Program-made: the position numbers and the translations under genes
Part shown: positions 12,459-26,094 of the stretch, one piece after another
Layout: each line of letters starts with the position of its first letter
Numbering within the stretch: position 1 is the first letter of the stretch
DNA from: Octopus sinensis
Lineage: Eukaryota
NCBI RefSeq assembly: GCF_006345805.1
Contig: NC_043006.1
Span: 46,624,001 to 46,688,000 of the forward strand
Reading direction: 5' to 3'
DNA length: 64,000 nt
Notes under the pieces: model-generated
Databases searched by the model: none
What the model was told of the DNA's origin: nothing
Seen by the model: only the letters and a program-made list of their open reading frames with translations

Positions 12459-13257
12459 CAGTAGTTTTATTTTTATTTTTATAGCGTGCTTTCACTTCAC
12501 TACCGAGCGCAGCTCTGTGTGCCTTGGGTATGTGCTGTGATTTGTTGTGATGCTCTGATGGTTATTGTATGGAAAGTGTTCTGCGTAGGATGTGTGCAGT
12601 GCCTAGTAGTGCAATTTTCTGTATGTTATATGTGTTTGTAAGTCCGGGTGTTTTTGTTATGTATTTGTCTGAATATTTTTTTATCATGCCTAATGCACCT
12701 ACTATGATAGGAATTGTTTCTGTTTTCAGATTCCACATTCTAGTTACCTCTATTTCCAGGTCTTTGTATTTTGAGAGTTTCTCCATTTCTTTTAGAGACA
12801 CGTTGTCATCTGCCGGTACTGATACATCAATTAGAAAGCATTTTTTTCTTCATGGTCTCTGACAACTATATCTGGTCTGTTGGCCTTAATTTCTCTATCT
12901 GTTGTATCGGCATATCCCAGAGTATGGTTGCTTTCTCGTTTTCTGTGACCTTTTCTGGTGTGTGCCTATACCATCTTTTTTCTGTTGTTATTCCATAATG
13001 TTGGCATAGCTTCCAATGTATGTAGGTTCCAACTCTGTCATGTCTGTGAATATATTCCTTCTTAGCTAGGACTGGGCAGCTAGAGATAATATGATTTATT
13101 GTTTCTTGTCCATCTCCACATATTCTGCAGTTACTTGTAATATTTCTTTTCATTACATGTCTTTGGTAATTTCTGGTGGGGAGGCTTTGGTCTTGTGCTG
13201 CAATTAAAAATCCCTCTGTTTCTGCTTTGAGTCCTGAGCTTCTCAACCATTGCTGGG
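12459..13257 (-). mobile_element. Young 5'-truncated R4/Dong-clade LINE: CCHC zinc knuckle and restriction-like (PD-D/ExK) endonuclease, one frameshift
   Basis: ORFs 12866-13246 (CRICG..ETINHIISSC, HRHDRVG) and 12562-12801 (EKLSKYKDL...IVGALG...LQKIALLGTAHILRRTL). (TAA)n on both sides. Confidence 0.92.
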
Positions 13258-13298
<41 letters not shown>

Positions 13299-13448
13299 TA
13301 TTATTATTATTATTACTATTATTATTATTATTATTATTACTATTATTATTAATGCTATTATTATTAATGCTATTATTATTACTATTATTATTACTATTAT
13401 TACTATTACTATTATTATTATTGTTATTATTATTATTATTGTTATTAT

Positions 13449-13481
<33 letters not shown>

Positions 13482-13521
13482 TATTATTATTATTTTGTTA
13501 TTATTATTATTATTGTTATTA

Positions 13522-13552
<31 letters not shown>

Positions 13553-13917
13553 ATTATTATTATGCTATTATTATTAATGCTATTATTATTACTATTATTA
13601 TTACTATTATTACTATTACTATTATTATTATTGTTATTATTATTATTATTGTTATTATTGTTATTATTATTATTATTATTATTACTATTATTATTATTAT
13701 TATTGTTATTATTATATTATTGTTATTATGTTATTATTATTATTATTATTATTACTATTATATTATTATTATTATATTATTATTATTATTATTACTATTA
13801 TTATTAATGCTATTATTATTATGCTATTATTATTACTATATTATTATTGTTATTATTATTATTATATTATTATTGTTATTATTATTATTATATTATTATT
13901 ATTATTATTATTATTAT
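13258..13917. repeat. Long interrupted (TTA)n microsatellite with ~210-bp higher-order duplication
   Basis: The interruption pattern ATGCTATTATTATTAATGC recurs at ~13351, ~13561 and ~13806. Confidence 0.9.
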
Positions 13918-13920
13918 TGT

Positions 13921-13989
13921 TCAAGCCACTGCTTAGAATCGAACTCGAAATCTTGGGGTTAGTAGACCGCGCTCTTAACCACTACGCCA
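13921..13989 (-). mobile_element. tRNA-like SINE head fragment
   Basis: Minus strand ATGGCGTAGTGGTTAAGAGCGCGG...GAGTTCGATTC (A and B boxes), then runs into (TAA)n. No complete cloverleaf. Confidence 0.55.
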
Positions 13990-13997
13990 TTAGCCCG

Positions 13998-14780
13998 TTT
14001 CTACTCTATGCAGAGGGCCCGAAACTTTGGGGTACGCGGCCAGTCGATTAGACTGATCCAAATATGCTACTGTTACTTAATTTATCGACCCCGAAAATAT
14101 GAAAGACAACGTCGACCTCGGTGGATTTGAACGTAAAGACAGACGAAATACCGCCAAGCATTTCGCTCGGTGTGCTAAAGTTTCTTATTTCTTTATTTCC
14201 CCCAAGGGGCTAAACATAGGGGGTCAAACAAGGACAGATAAACAGATTAAGTCGATTACATCGACCACAGTGCGTAACTGGTAATTATCTAATCGACCTC
14301 GAAAGGATGAAAGGCAAAGTCGACCTCGGCGGAATCTGAACTCAGAACGTAACGCTAGACGAAATACCTATTTCTTTACTACCCACAAGGAGCTAAATAC
14401 AGAGAGGACAAACCAGGACAGACAAAGGGATTAAGTCGATTTATCGACCCCAGTGCGTAACTGTTACTTAATCTATCGACCCCGAAAGGGTAAAAGGCAA
14501 AGTCGACCTCGTGCGGAATTTGAACTCAGAACAAAACGGCAGACGAAATACCTATTTCTTTACTACCCACAAGGGACTAAACACATAGAGGACAAACAAT
14601 GAGATAAGCGGATTAAGTCGATTATATCGATCCCAGTGCGTAACAGCTACTTATTTTATCGGCCCCGAAAGAATGAAAGGCGAAATCGACCTCGGCAGAA
14701 TTTGAACTCAGAACGTAACGGCAGACGAAATACCGGTAAGCATTTCACCCGGCGGCTAACATTTCCGCCAGCTCGCCGCC
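13998..14780 (-). mobile_element. Multimeric family-B SINE: head + three ~184-bp units + terminal unit
   Basis: GTCGATT recurs at 14251, 14435 and 14617. Head GGCGGCGAGCTGGCGG at 14780; tail ...GAGTAGAAA at ~13998. Confidence 0.88.
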
Positions 14781-15102
14781 TTTGTGACAAAAGTGGCGGG
14801 GGGAGGGGGAATATTCATGATGTCAACAATGTTATTGGTAACTAAAAATTTTAGGCCAGGTATCTGTTTCTTGATCTAAGGGATAATAACGTAATTTTCT
14901 GTCATTTGATACACGACTATCGATTTTTATATCAAGTGAACCAATGAGAAGCAACATGAAATCCCATCACGTTCTCAAAAACGACAGATTGCTATGCTAG
15001 CATTTATCGATTTCAGAAATCCTTCGACATTACAATTTGTTAAGATTTCCAGACAATTCCATTTTCTTTCAAACAACTTCCTGTATCACTTTGTAGCATT
15101 TA

Positions 15103-15315
15103 GTACTACTACTACTACTACTACTACTAATAATACTACTACTACTACTACTACTACTAATACTACTACTATTATAGCTGCTACTACTACATATGTTACT
15201 ACTATTACTACTACTATAGCTACTACTACAGATGTTACTACTATTACTACTACTACTACTACAAATAATAATCATGATGATGATGATAATAATGATGATG
15301 ATGATGATGATGATG

Positions 15316-15354
<39 letters not shown>

Positions 15355-15475
15355 TTGGTGCAGTCACTAGTATCGCGAGTATTACAACTACTACCAGAGT
15401 ACCGTAAAAAACCCTACCTACACAGCAGTAACAATATAAAGAAGAACTCCAGCTACCACCACAACCACCACCACC

Positions 15476-15508
<33 letters not shown>

Positions 15509-15530
15509 GCTACTACTACTACTATATTAA
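15103..15530. repeat. Compound trinucleotide repeats (CTA)n/(TAA)n/(TGA)n/(CCA)n
   Basis: Direct repeats; explain the poly-T/D/N ORF calls. Confidence 0.9.
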
Positions 15531-15936
15531 CGACCGCCGACACTCCTTAAGATACATTAACAAAAAATGTAGAGCAGAAATTTACGTTTAACTGTTTAAT
15601 TTACATCTACGCTATCAGATCCGTTAGAATTTTTCGCTGCTCCCTAAATAACACCACATCACATACTTGTCAGTGCCGCTGCTTCTAAAGCTGCATCAGC
15701 TGTTCATTGAACCTGTTACGGTAACTGCATTCTTTTGCCAGCTTAATTTGAAAGGAAATGTTAAGTTGTGGATTCAAATCAGAACCGAACTTATTCAGTG
15801 TACAGGAATGAATTGGATCAGGAATCCATGCTATTTAGGTCATTGCGACACAGCGGGTCACGCTGACATTTTCACTAATGGAATAACAGTCTTTACAATC
15901 ATCTTGGTTTCATTTAATGCATTGATAGGAAACAGT

Positions 15937-15938
<2 letters not shown>

Positions 15939-15996
<58 letters not shown>

Positions 15997-16088
15997 CACA
16001 CATATATATATAATATATATACACACACACATATATATTATATATTATATATATAATATATATATATACATATATATACATATATATA

Positions 16089-16156
<68 letters not shown>

Positions 16157-16279
16157 TATATATAATATATACATATATATATACAATATATATACATATA
16201 TATATATATACATATATTATAATATATATATACAGATATATATATATTATATATATATTACATATATATATATATATAC

Positions 16280-16310
<31 letters not shown>

Positions 16311-16387
16311 CATATATATAGATATATATATATATAATACATATAGATATATATATATAGATATATATATATATATACATATATATC

Positions 16388-16428
<41 letters not shown>

Positions 16429-16467
16429 TAATATATATTATATATTATATATAATATATATATACAT

Positions 16468-16560
<93 letters not shown>

Positions 16561-16805
16561 ATATATACATATATATACATACACACACATATATATACAT
16601 GTATATATATTTATATAAATTTATATTTATATAGATATATATATATTAATTTATTTATATATATGTATATATATATATATAGATATATATATATATATGT
16701 TTATATATATGTATGTATTTATATATATATGTGTGAATATATGAGTATATATATATATATACGTTTATATATATATATGTGTGTATATATATGTATACAT
16801 ATATG
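15939..16805. repeat. ~870-bp interrupted (TA)n tract
   Basis: Direct observation. Confidence 0.95.
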
Positions 16806-17564
16806 AGAGTGTGTGTATTGATATATAAATGAGTAGTACACACAATAGCATACACGGCTGCATGATATGTATGCATTATGCATGTCACCATGTTATCAAA
16901 TGTGATAAGTGACATGTAGGAAACTCGGCCCTAGAGTCATTTTGTAAATTTTCTGCTGATGACATATAAATATGTCTGTTTGCGTGTGCGCGCGTGTGTG
17001 TATATGCGTGTGTATGTGTTTGTGTAAGTATGCCACATCCAGTGCCACGTTATCAAAAGACATGGAGGAAACTCTCGGCGATTGAATTACTTTTGTACCT
17101 CTTTCTACCGATTCTATCTACAACTACGTATCTATCTATCTATTTATCTATCGATAGATAGATAGATAAATACATACGCAAATACATAAATACATAGATA
17201 TACATGTACATACATATATAGATATACATACATAAATATACTTATATGTATGCATATATTCATAGATATAGTGCGTGCCTGTGTCTATGTATGTCTATAT
17301 GAAAATATTGTTGGTTACAATTCTTTTTAATAGCAAAACAATACAAATTATGTAATTAAATTTGATTGCTAGTTCTATCTGGTTTTCAATATTTCGGGCT
17401 TATGACCTTGTCGTCAGGAAATTTTAGGAGAAAACGATGCTATTCGCTAACCTTTTAATTTTAATCTCATTCTCTCTCTTTCTCTTTCTCTCTCTCTATC
17501 TATCTATGTCCCTTTCTCTATCTATGTCTCTCTCTTTCACTGTAAATATATATATATAAATAAT

Positions 17565-17640
17565 TTTTCAATTCCCGAGCGTTATATTAATACATCTACA
17601 CCTGTCTTCGTCTTTTGTTTTTTTTTTGTGAATTCTCCCT
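17565..17640 (+). mobile_element. Fragment of a second Penelope-like terminal-repeat family
   Basis: TTTTTCAATTCCCGAGCGTTATATTAATACATC matches the reverse complement of the copy at 31730-31905. Confidence 0.55.
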
Positions 17641-20060
17641 ATATATATATATATACATTTCTATATGTCTCTCTGTATATATCTGTGAATATATGTATAT
17701 ATTCATGCATACACGCATATATGCATACAAATATACATTCATACATACATACACACCTTTATTGCTCACCTGCTTTGGGTCCATGCAATGGCTACTGCTG
17801 ACTTCAGCTGATATATTGTATGGCCAGTCACTTAGATCTAATCTATTATTGTTGCGGTAGCTACATTATAAGGCTTATAGTGACTCGAAATACTGCTTGG
17901 TAGTTGACCACAGGATTTGTTTCCGGTGACAGTAAATACAGCAGATATCAACCTTTCCAAATCATGTATCACTCTTAGTACTGAAAAGAATTAGAATGAT
18001 ATTTTATTCGTATATCTTGATAACTTCCAACGAAAGAAATTATTCAGCCACTAATCAGTAGCTAAGCATTTTTGAAAAATTCATTGATTTCGGGATTCTA
18101 GAATTCAATCCTACCAGAATAAATAATCTTATTCCTTTCTGACATAACTTTTAGATTCTAATAGATATTATTTCGATAAGAATAATAAAATAGTTACTGA
18201 GCTGATGTACATTGTTTTATACAAACCGTTACTGATTTTGCACCAACATGATACTATCTGCTTCTAAGGTAGTCGCTTATACCTTCTGATGTTTCTGTGC
18301 TATAGTTTCAACATGAATCTGAAGAAACAAAATGATGTATCGAACTGACTGGATGTACTGAATGAATTATTTAGTGCTTCTCAGAAATGACACACGTAGT
18401 AATCTATTTTTAATCCTCTAACATATATGGAGCTTCTATTGATTTATTGGAGAAATGTGATGAGACTATAGCAAACGCTTGAGATTTTTATCCTGTCTCC
18501 ACTTCTATATCTAACAACGAAGCTGCTATCTCTCAATGACCTGTTCCACTTAGTTGTATTCCGGTTACATAATGCATAATAAATTCCTACTTGAAATATT
18601 TGCTCCAATCTGCATTTGAAGAGAATTATTGTGGCTAACAGTAAATCTACACAGAAACATGACAAGAGGATCATCTTCAATACACCCAAATTTATAACGG
18701 ATGTAATCATAAGCTTTTATTTATTTAAGGTTCTTTCTGTTCTCTGTTTATTATACAGTTATCCAAGCGCCTATTTCTGGTTTTGATTATCGATTTAAAA
18801 CTTATTATTATATCACTAACACCCTTAATGCGTTTTCTCTTAGGAAAAACTAGGGTATCATATTTCACTTGCTCTGCTCCCTTAAAATGTACTAAAAATT
18901 TAAGAGCCTTTGTGCTTAGTCATTATCGATTTCTAAATAATTTTGTGCTTCATTCCATTATTTAAAATTAATGATCTGATGTTATTTTGTGGTTGTTTCA
19001 TTATTGTCGAGTAGGGGTATCTAAATTTTGTGAAAAAGGAGAAAAACGGAAAAAAGTAAAATAGAACAATTTTCAATGAAAGAATCTTTGTTTTATTCGG
19101 AAATCTCAAAGAAGAAACGAAACAATCATAATAAAATCGGATGATGATAACGATAATGATGATGACGATGACGATGATGATGATCATGATCATGATCATC
19201 ATCATCGTCGTCATCATCATCATCATCTCGTAACCATTAATCCAACAATAACTAATGCCATAAAAAAATATCGAAGTTCTTGGAAATCGTGGTTCCCCAA
19301 CAAAACACAAAACACCATTCTCGGTTTCTTAGATCAATTGAATTACTATACATTGACGCGATATCGGCTTTCTATCGCATCTATTTTTTTTGTATTCATC
19401 TAAACATTTCTTTTATTCTTTTATTCATTTTCCGCACATTCAAATATTTCGAGACACATTTTTCGCTCTTTTTTACATTTATTTTTATTGTCGTTTATCA
19501 TATATTTTAGATAATAATTAAACCTAAATTAACATTAACAAAAGTCGTTGCGGCTATGATTAATAATTCTAATAAATATATAATTAGTTCGACGATTCTT
19601 CTACTAAATCGGAAATAAAAATATATTTCCACTTTCAGAAGTAGAGAACCAAATTACAATATTAGTTTTGGAATGCTGAAGAATACAATGTAACAGTTAT
19701 AGCTTTATATTTAATTATTTTATAAACGTGACACTCACTTCGAAGTTTCGCCAAATCTAGCTGTTCAAACATTTCTAGAATTGATAATCATATATAAACT
19801 GTAAAGAAGAATCACAGACAGTATTAATAGTTGTAATGTTTGGAGAAGCATTACCAGTAAATAATAATATATCAAACATTTATATAAAATGACTGAAGTA
19901 GGTTTATGATGAAACTGAAGAGAAATAATGAAATAATAGTAATTATCAAATTTGAAAAGGCTACTTGTTAAATAATATTGTTCATGAGAACTGTAAAAAC
20001 ATCTCATTAAAAGGGCTACATACAAGTTATGTTAGCGTTATGTATATGGTATATAAAGGT

Positions 20061-20420
20061 CAGGAGGCGGCAGAATCGTTAGCACGCCGGGCAAAATGCT
20101 TAGCGGCATTTCGTCTGTCGCTACGTCCTGAGTTCAAATTCCGCCGAGTCCGACTTTGCCTTTCATCCTTTTGGGGTCGAAAATTAAGTACCAGTTACGC
20201 ACCGGTGTCGATGTAATCGAGTTAATACTTTTGTGTGTCCTTGTTTGTTCCCTCTATGTTTAACCTCTTGCGAACAATAAAGAAATAACAAATAAGAATC
20301 GTTAGCTAGCTGGGAAAAAGGCTTAGCGGCATTTCGTCTCACGATAAAATAAGTACCAGTCGAGCACTGGGGTCGATGTAATCGACTACTTCCCTACACA
20401 GAAATTTCAGGCCTTCTCCA
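20061..20420 (+). mobile_element. Family-B SINE (partial dimer)
   Basis: GGCAGAATCGTTAGCACGCCGGGC head, B-box, left unit ending AATAAAGAAATAA, then second partial unit with AAATTTCAGGCC tail. Confidence 0.8.
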
Positions 20421-20752
20421 ATGTACCCTATGGTCATTCGAGGCTCCTCCTCTTGTCACCAATACTTTGTCTCCTCCCTGATCCTCTGCATTAAAACTTA
20501 TCCCAGATTCTGGCCAAAACATTGATCATGCCGGTTCACACCATCAAATATTTGTCCACCTCCGTAGATACACAATCTTGTGAGAGGAGAATCACCCTTC
20601 TACATCTCATTGGCGTGGCACAGCTTGTTTTGTCCATGAATACATACGTTGTCACATATCTAACTCAATAATAAACAGATTTTTTTTAAAGAATATATTG
20701 GGCTATTGTTTTATATCAACATTTGGAATGTTATGTTATTAGACAATTACAG

Positions 20753-20905
20753 CAGTGTTTCTCAACTAGGGTGCCATGTGATCCTGGGAAGGGCAATGGG
20801 TCTCTATAAGATTTTATTGTTAATGTTTATGTGCAATAAATTCATTATACTTCTACAATACACAAAACATTTTAGCAACTTTTTAAAAACAATTCCAAAT
20901 AATAT
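20753..20905 (+). mobile_element. Possible hAT/Charlie-type MITE end
   Basis: Begins CAGTGTTTCTCAAC, resembling Charlie termini. No partner end found. Confidence 0.3.
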
Positions 20906-21279
20906 TTAATGTTGAACCCAGTGCCTCCCCTGACTGGCCCCTGTGCCGGTGGCACGTAAAAAGCTCCAGCCGAATGTGGTCGATGCCAGTGCTGCCTGGC
21001 TGGCGCCCATGCCAGTGGCACATAAAAGTTGAATGAGTTAGCCACTTATATCAGGAATGGGATATATTCTAATGTTAAAGATACAGATGAGAATAGAAAC
21101 TGCGATTGAATAGTAACTGTGTCTGGCATTGAACTGGTACTTTGAACTGGTACTAATTCAATCTAGTTTTAACTAGACCGATCATGTGATAATTCCTCAG
21201 TTGCATTTCAAATCAATTTATGCTCAAGAATAATCAATTCATATAAATAATCATCAGCAACTAGAGTTTCCTGCAGATG

Positions 21280-21362
21280 TGTGTGCGTATATATATCCAT
21301 CCATCTATCTATTTATCTATTTATCTATCTATCCATCCATCTATTTATCTATCAATGTATAT

Positions 21363-21396
<34 letters not shown>

Positions 21397-21533
21397 CAGG
21401 TATACATATATACGTACACATGTGTATATATATATATATATATTATACAGGTATACATATATACGTACACATGTGTATATATATATATATTATATATTAT
21501 ATATATATATATACATAATATATATATATATAT

Positions 21534-21620
<87 letters not shown>

Positions 21621-21681
21621 GTATATATATATATTATATATATATATATATATATTTATGTATGTATGTATATAATATATA

Positions 21682-21714
<33 letters not shown>

Positions 21715-21775
21715 GGAAGAGAGGGAGAGGGAGAGACAGGGAGAGACAGAGAGGGACAGAAAGAGAGAAAGGAAA
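21280..21775. repeat. (ATCT)n/(TA)n/(GA)n compound microsatellite
   Basis: Direct repeats. Confidence 0.9.
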
Positions 21776-24286
21776 ATGAAACAGCCGTAAATTTTGTTGA
21801 GTTGCAAACGGAAAATAGAAGCGAATTTTAGATTAGATAATGACCAGATTACATTCTATGTGAAGAAGACAGATTAAGTATAATCATGACCTGCACCTCT
21901 CTAATTATAAAGATAATCAAGAAGAACATCACATCAATAAGAACAATAAATGCCAACGCTTCTGAAACAAACACAACAATAGGTAAAAACAACTCTGAAG
22001 GCAATTACTGTCAGCCTCCCTCCCTGTGGCCCCGTGAAGCAAACAGTTCAAACAGTGGAATAAGGGCTTTTCTCTAGTACAACACACGCAATCAGCTCGT
22101 CAGCACATTCTTTATTAGACTATTGGAATGGAAAGCCGACGGCTTTGTATTCAAAGAGAGATTGTTGAGCTGTGAACAGTTCAAACAATATCCAGAATTA
22201 GCAGGGAACAACGACGGTCTGTGACTGTAGCAATGAGGCATAACGGCGGCGGGTATCAGGTGGTTGGTTTTAGTGAAAGCATACAGGAGCTCGTCGTATT
22301 CGTTTCTTTTTTTAAAAAAATTTAGCTTCAGAACACGTGATCAATTGAAATAACTGAAAATTATTTTTCTTCGATACATTTTTGTTTTAATCACTCCCCA
22401 CCCCACACACACACAACTTACCCCCGCCACTTCAAAATCCAAAATCGATTATCCTTGTTATATTTAATGATTTTATTATTGCCATGCCTTTTGTTCCTGT
22501 TGCTATCATTGTTTTTGTGACTGTTACTTTAGGAATTGCTATTATTGTTTTATTTCAAATAACACGTTCCAGCTATTAACCGCGTTCTCTGCAACACGCT
22601 GCCATCATACACACATATACAGAGTTACCCACACATATGCGCACGCAGCTGCTGACACACACATAAGCAGACTCATATCGAACTTCGCACATGTGATCTC
22701 ATTCACATAGTCTGCATTTCAACCAAAATATATTCGTGCATGCATGTGTGAATGTGTACGTGTGTGTGTGTGTGTGTATCACAGTTTAATATTCCCTGCC
22801 TCTCCCTATATTTACCATATTTCTCTTCCCTCCCATCACTTTCTCATAGCTCCGAACTTTACGTGGAATTATTGCGTTTCTACTTTTTCACTTCTTATCG
22901 TTTTTTTAAAAATTCTATCTTTATTTCATGGATTCTATAGATATTTGTTTAATAAATACTTTATTTTGTCATATAAATATAAACATATATACATACACAC
23001 ACATTTATGCTTGTATGTATGCATGTATGTATACATGTCTGTATGTGTGTGTATACACATATGTGTATGTACGTATATCTGTATACACATATATATACAC
23101 ATATATATGTGTATGTATGAATAGTATCTTTAATTCTTTCATCTTCCTCCAATTCCCAATGAAGGAAATTTATATACACATATGACTAAAAAAAAGAATG
23201 AGAAAATTAAAAAAAGAGTGAATCAAAACGCTAAAAACAGATATGTAAGATATCGTCTGCTCTTAATCAATTTAATTCAAGCTGTTTCCATTGAAGACGT
23301 GCATGTTAAATACAAAACCTAATCGTTGTAAAACTATAAGGTGTTAATCGAATGCCAATTTCTATTATAAGAATTGCTGACATGCAGACTTGGAGATTGT
23401 ATGTTATCGACAACCTGATCTCATTACTGGTTCTCTACTTGATTGGCTCACTGGCTCGTTGCATTCTGGGAAATTTTCTGCTTCTCGGTTATATTTAATT
23501 TTATTCTTTTTTCTCTTTTTTTTACTGGGATTCGGGCTAATAGTTTATAATTTATTGGAAGGCCAAAGTCTGAGTAGTTATCTAATTGGAGTTCTATAAC
23601 TGGATCCATGTATACGACTGTAAACCGATCTCTAAATGAATAACGTAGCTGGGGGTTGAAGGCCGACTAGAATGCCTTTAATGTCTTCACATAATGTTTC
23701 CCTAACTAACTCCTTCTCAAAGCATTAACAGGTTCTGAGTCATGCAGAGAGAATTAATCTTCAAAATCGATTGCTATATTTTGAGATCAAAGGCATGAAA
23801 ATAGGGCACGTTAATTTTTAGGGTTTCTTTCAATAATTTATTGCATACAATATGGTCTATATTAGGTGAAAATATTGTGAATGTTATTTGCTTGTTGGAT
23901 CGGATATTAGGCTCAGTCAGAACTCGTTGATTTTTTTTCTTTCATTTTTATTGAAAAGTAATTTTTTTTTTCATACGGAAACTATATATATAGAAATATA
24001 AATAGATGTTTTACTTTTATATCCCAGACGATTCTTGGATTAAATTACAGGGTTTTTTTTTCACGACTTACCGCATTACACTTATGATATTTTTCTCTAC
24101 TTTCATTTCAAATTTTTGCCTTTGATGCACCGTAATCTTTTTGTTTGTACTACTCTGAAACAGTTTGCCTCACTGATGTTCATGAAACAGTGTTTACCGT
24201 ATAAGTTCTTTTAGTGTGCCTGAAGACAATAAAAACAGTTGTGTAACAGTATTTATAAATTTAACGAAAAACAATTTTCTTATTTA

Positions 24287-24716
24287 GGCGGAGGAGTGGC
24301 TGGGTGGTAAGTAGTTTGCTTACCAACCACATGGTTCCGGGTTCAGTCCCACTGCGTGGCACCTTGGGCAAGTATCTTCTACTACAGCCTGGGGCCAACC
24401 AAAGCCTTGTGAGTGGATTTGGTAGACGGAAACTGAAAGAAGCCCATCGTATATATGTATATATATATATATATATATATGCGCGCGTGTGTGTGTGTGT
24501 ATGTTTATGTGTCTGCATTTCTACCCAAAAAAACATCGCTTGACAACCGATGCTGGTGTGTTTACATCCCCGTAACTTAGCAGTTCGGCAAAAGAGACCG
24601 ATAGAACATGTACTAGGCTTATAAAGAATAAGTCCCGGGGTCGATTTGCTCGACTAAATGCGGTGCTCCAACTTGGCCACAGTCAAATGACTGAAACAAA
24701 TAAGAGTAAAAGAGTA
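24287..24716 (+). mobile_element. Family-A CORE-type SINE, full length
   Basis: Head, CACCTTGGGCAAGT CORE-like motif, internal (TA)n(GT)n, tail GAGTAAAAGAG. Confidence 0.88.
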
Positions 24717-25357
24717 ATATAATAGTTATCTTATGGTGAATATTTTAGAGTGCTGGAAATAAAAAAAATTGCGCTGTGGTTTCAATTTCCGGGGTAATAT
24801 TTCAGCTATATACCCTAAATTTTCTCCACGTACCTTCGAATTTTTCTCAGAATTAATGTCTTATAGGAGATTTATAATTACAAGGACACAACATGTCTTG
24901 ATACGCTAGTTCAAAAGGCAACATTCTTTAGCAATCCTACTCTCCATTTAAATTCATGTGATACTTTCAACATTTTTATATAAACGTTCTAGAGAACTAA
25001 GTAAGCAAAAGTGACACGGAATTCTGGCTGCTAGTGTAACGTTTTTAATATTATTCTTCATGCTCATGGTATTTAACTATGAAATGGCGACGTCCTGTAA
25101 TTGCGCATCCCCTAGTATGGTCACGTCAGTGCTATGAGCAGTTACTATACTAGTGAATTTACGATTAAATAATGTTAGCTTCGAGTGCCAAGCACAAATA
25201 CTTTATCCGTAGGTATATTGCATATGCAGACGCGTGCCTAACTTGGACTACAGACCTTAATGTTCTACATAAATACGTTTCGCTATTAATATGTTACCTT
25301 TCTAGGAAGATCCAGTAATAAATCATTCTACAAAGGCGCATGTCGTGAAAGTTTTGG

Positions 25358-26094
25358 TACTTAATTTATTGATCCCACCCCCCAAAAAAAAGATGATAGA
25401 CAAAGTCGTCATCGGTGAAATTTGAACTCAGGACGTAAAGACGAACAGAATGTCGCTAAGCATTTCGTCCGGCGTGCCAACGTATCTTTTCTACTCTCGG
25501 TACAAGGCCCGAAATTTTGGGGAGGGGGGCCAGTCGATTGGATTGACCCCAGTATGCAACTGGTACTTAATTTATCGACTCCGAAAGGATGAAACGCAAA
25601 GTTGACCTCGGCGGAATTTGAACTCAGAACGTAAAGACAGACGAAATACCTCTAAGATTTCGCCCGGCGTGCTAATGTTTCTTATTTCTTTATTGCCCAC
25701 AAGGGGCTAAACATAGAGGGGACAAACAAGGACAGACAAAGGAATTAAGTCGATTACATTGACCCCAGTGCGTAACTGGTACTTAATTAATGGACCCCGA
25801 AAGGATTTAAAGCAAAGTCGACCTCGGCTGAATTTGAACTCAGAAGGTAGCGGCAGACGAAATACCTATTTCTTTACTGCCCACAAGGGGTTAAACACAG
25901 AGGGGACAAACAAGGACAACAAACAGATTAAGTCCATTGTATCGACCCCAGTACGTAATTGTACTTATTTAATCGACCCCCAAAGGATGGAAGGCAAAGT
26001 CGACCTAGGCGGAATTTGAACTCAGAACGTAACGGCAGACGAAATGCTGCTCAGCATTTCGCCCGACTTGTTGACGTTTTTGCCAGCTCGCCGC
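25358..26094 (-). mobile_element. Multimeric family-B SINE (head + 2 units + terminal unit, 25486-26094) followed by a decayed monomer
   Basis: Same unit and junctions as 13998-14780. Confidence 0.85.

Noticed and set aside
15667-15935. Open frames on both strands in unique sequence
   Set aside because: No recognisable motif, and the splice phases do not fit the neighbouring candidates.
13250-16915. Long ORFs rich in L/Y/I/T/N (also the YI, VC and HT repeat ORFs elsewhere)
   Set aside because: They are translations of microsatellites that lack stop codons in some frames.
21890-21992. Transmembrane-like minus-strand exon (LFLPIVVFVSEALAFIVLIDVMFFLIIFIIRE)
   Set aside because: Hydrophobicity follows from the T-rich strand, and the donor is weak.
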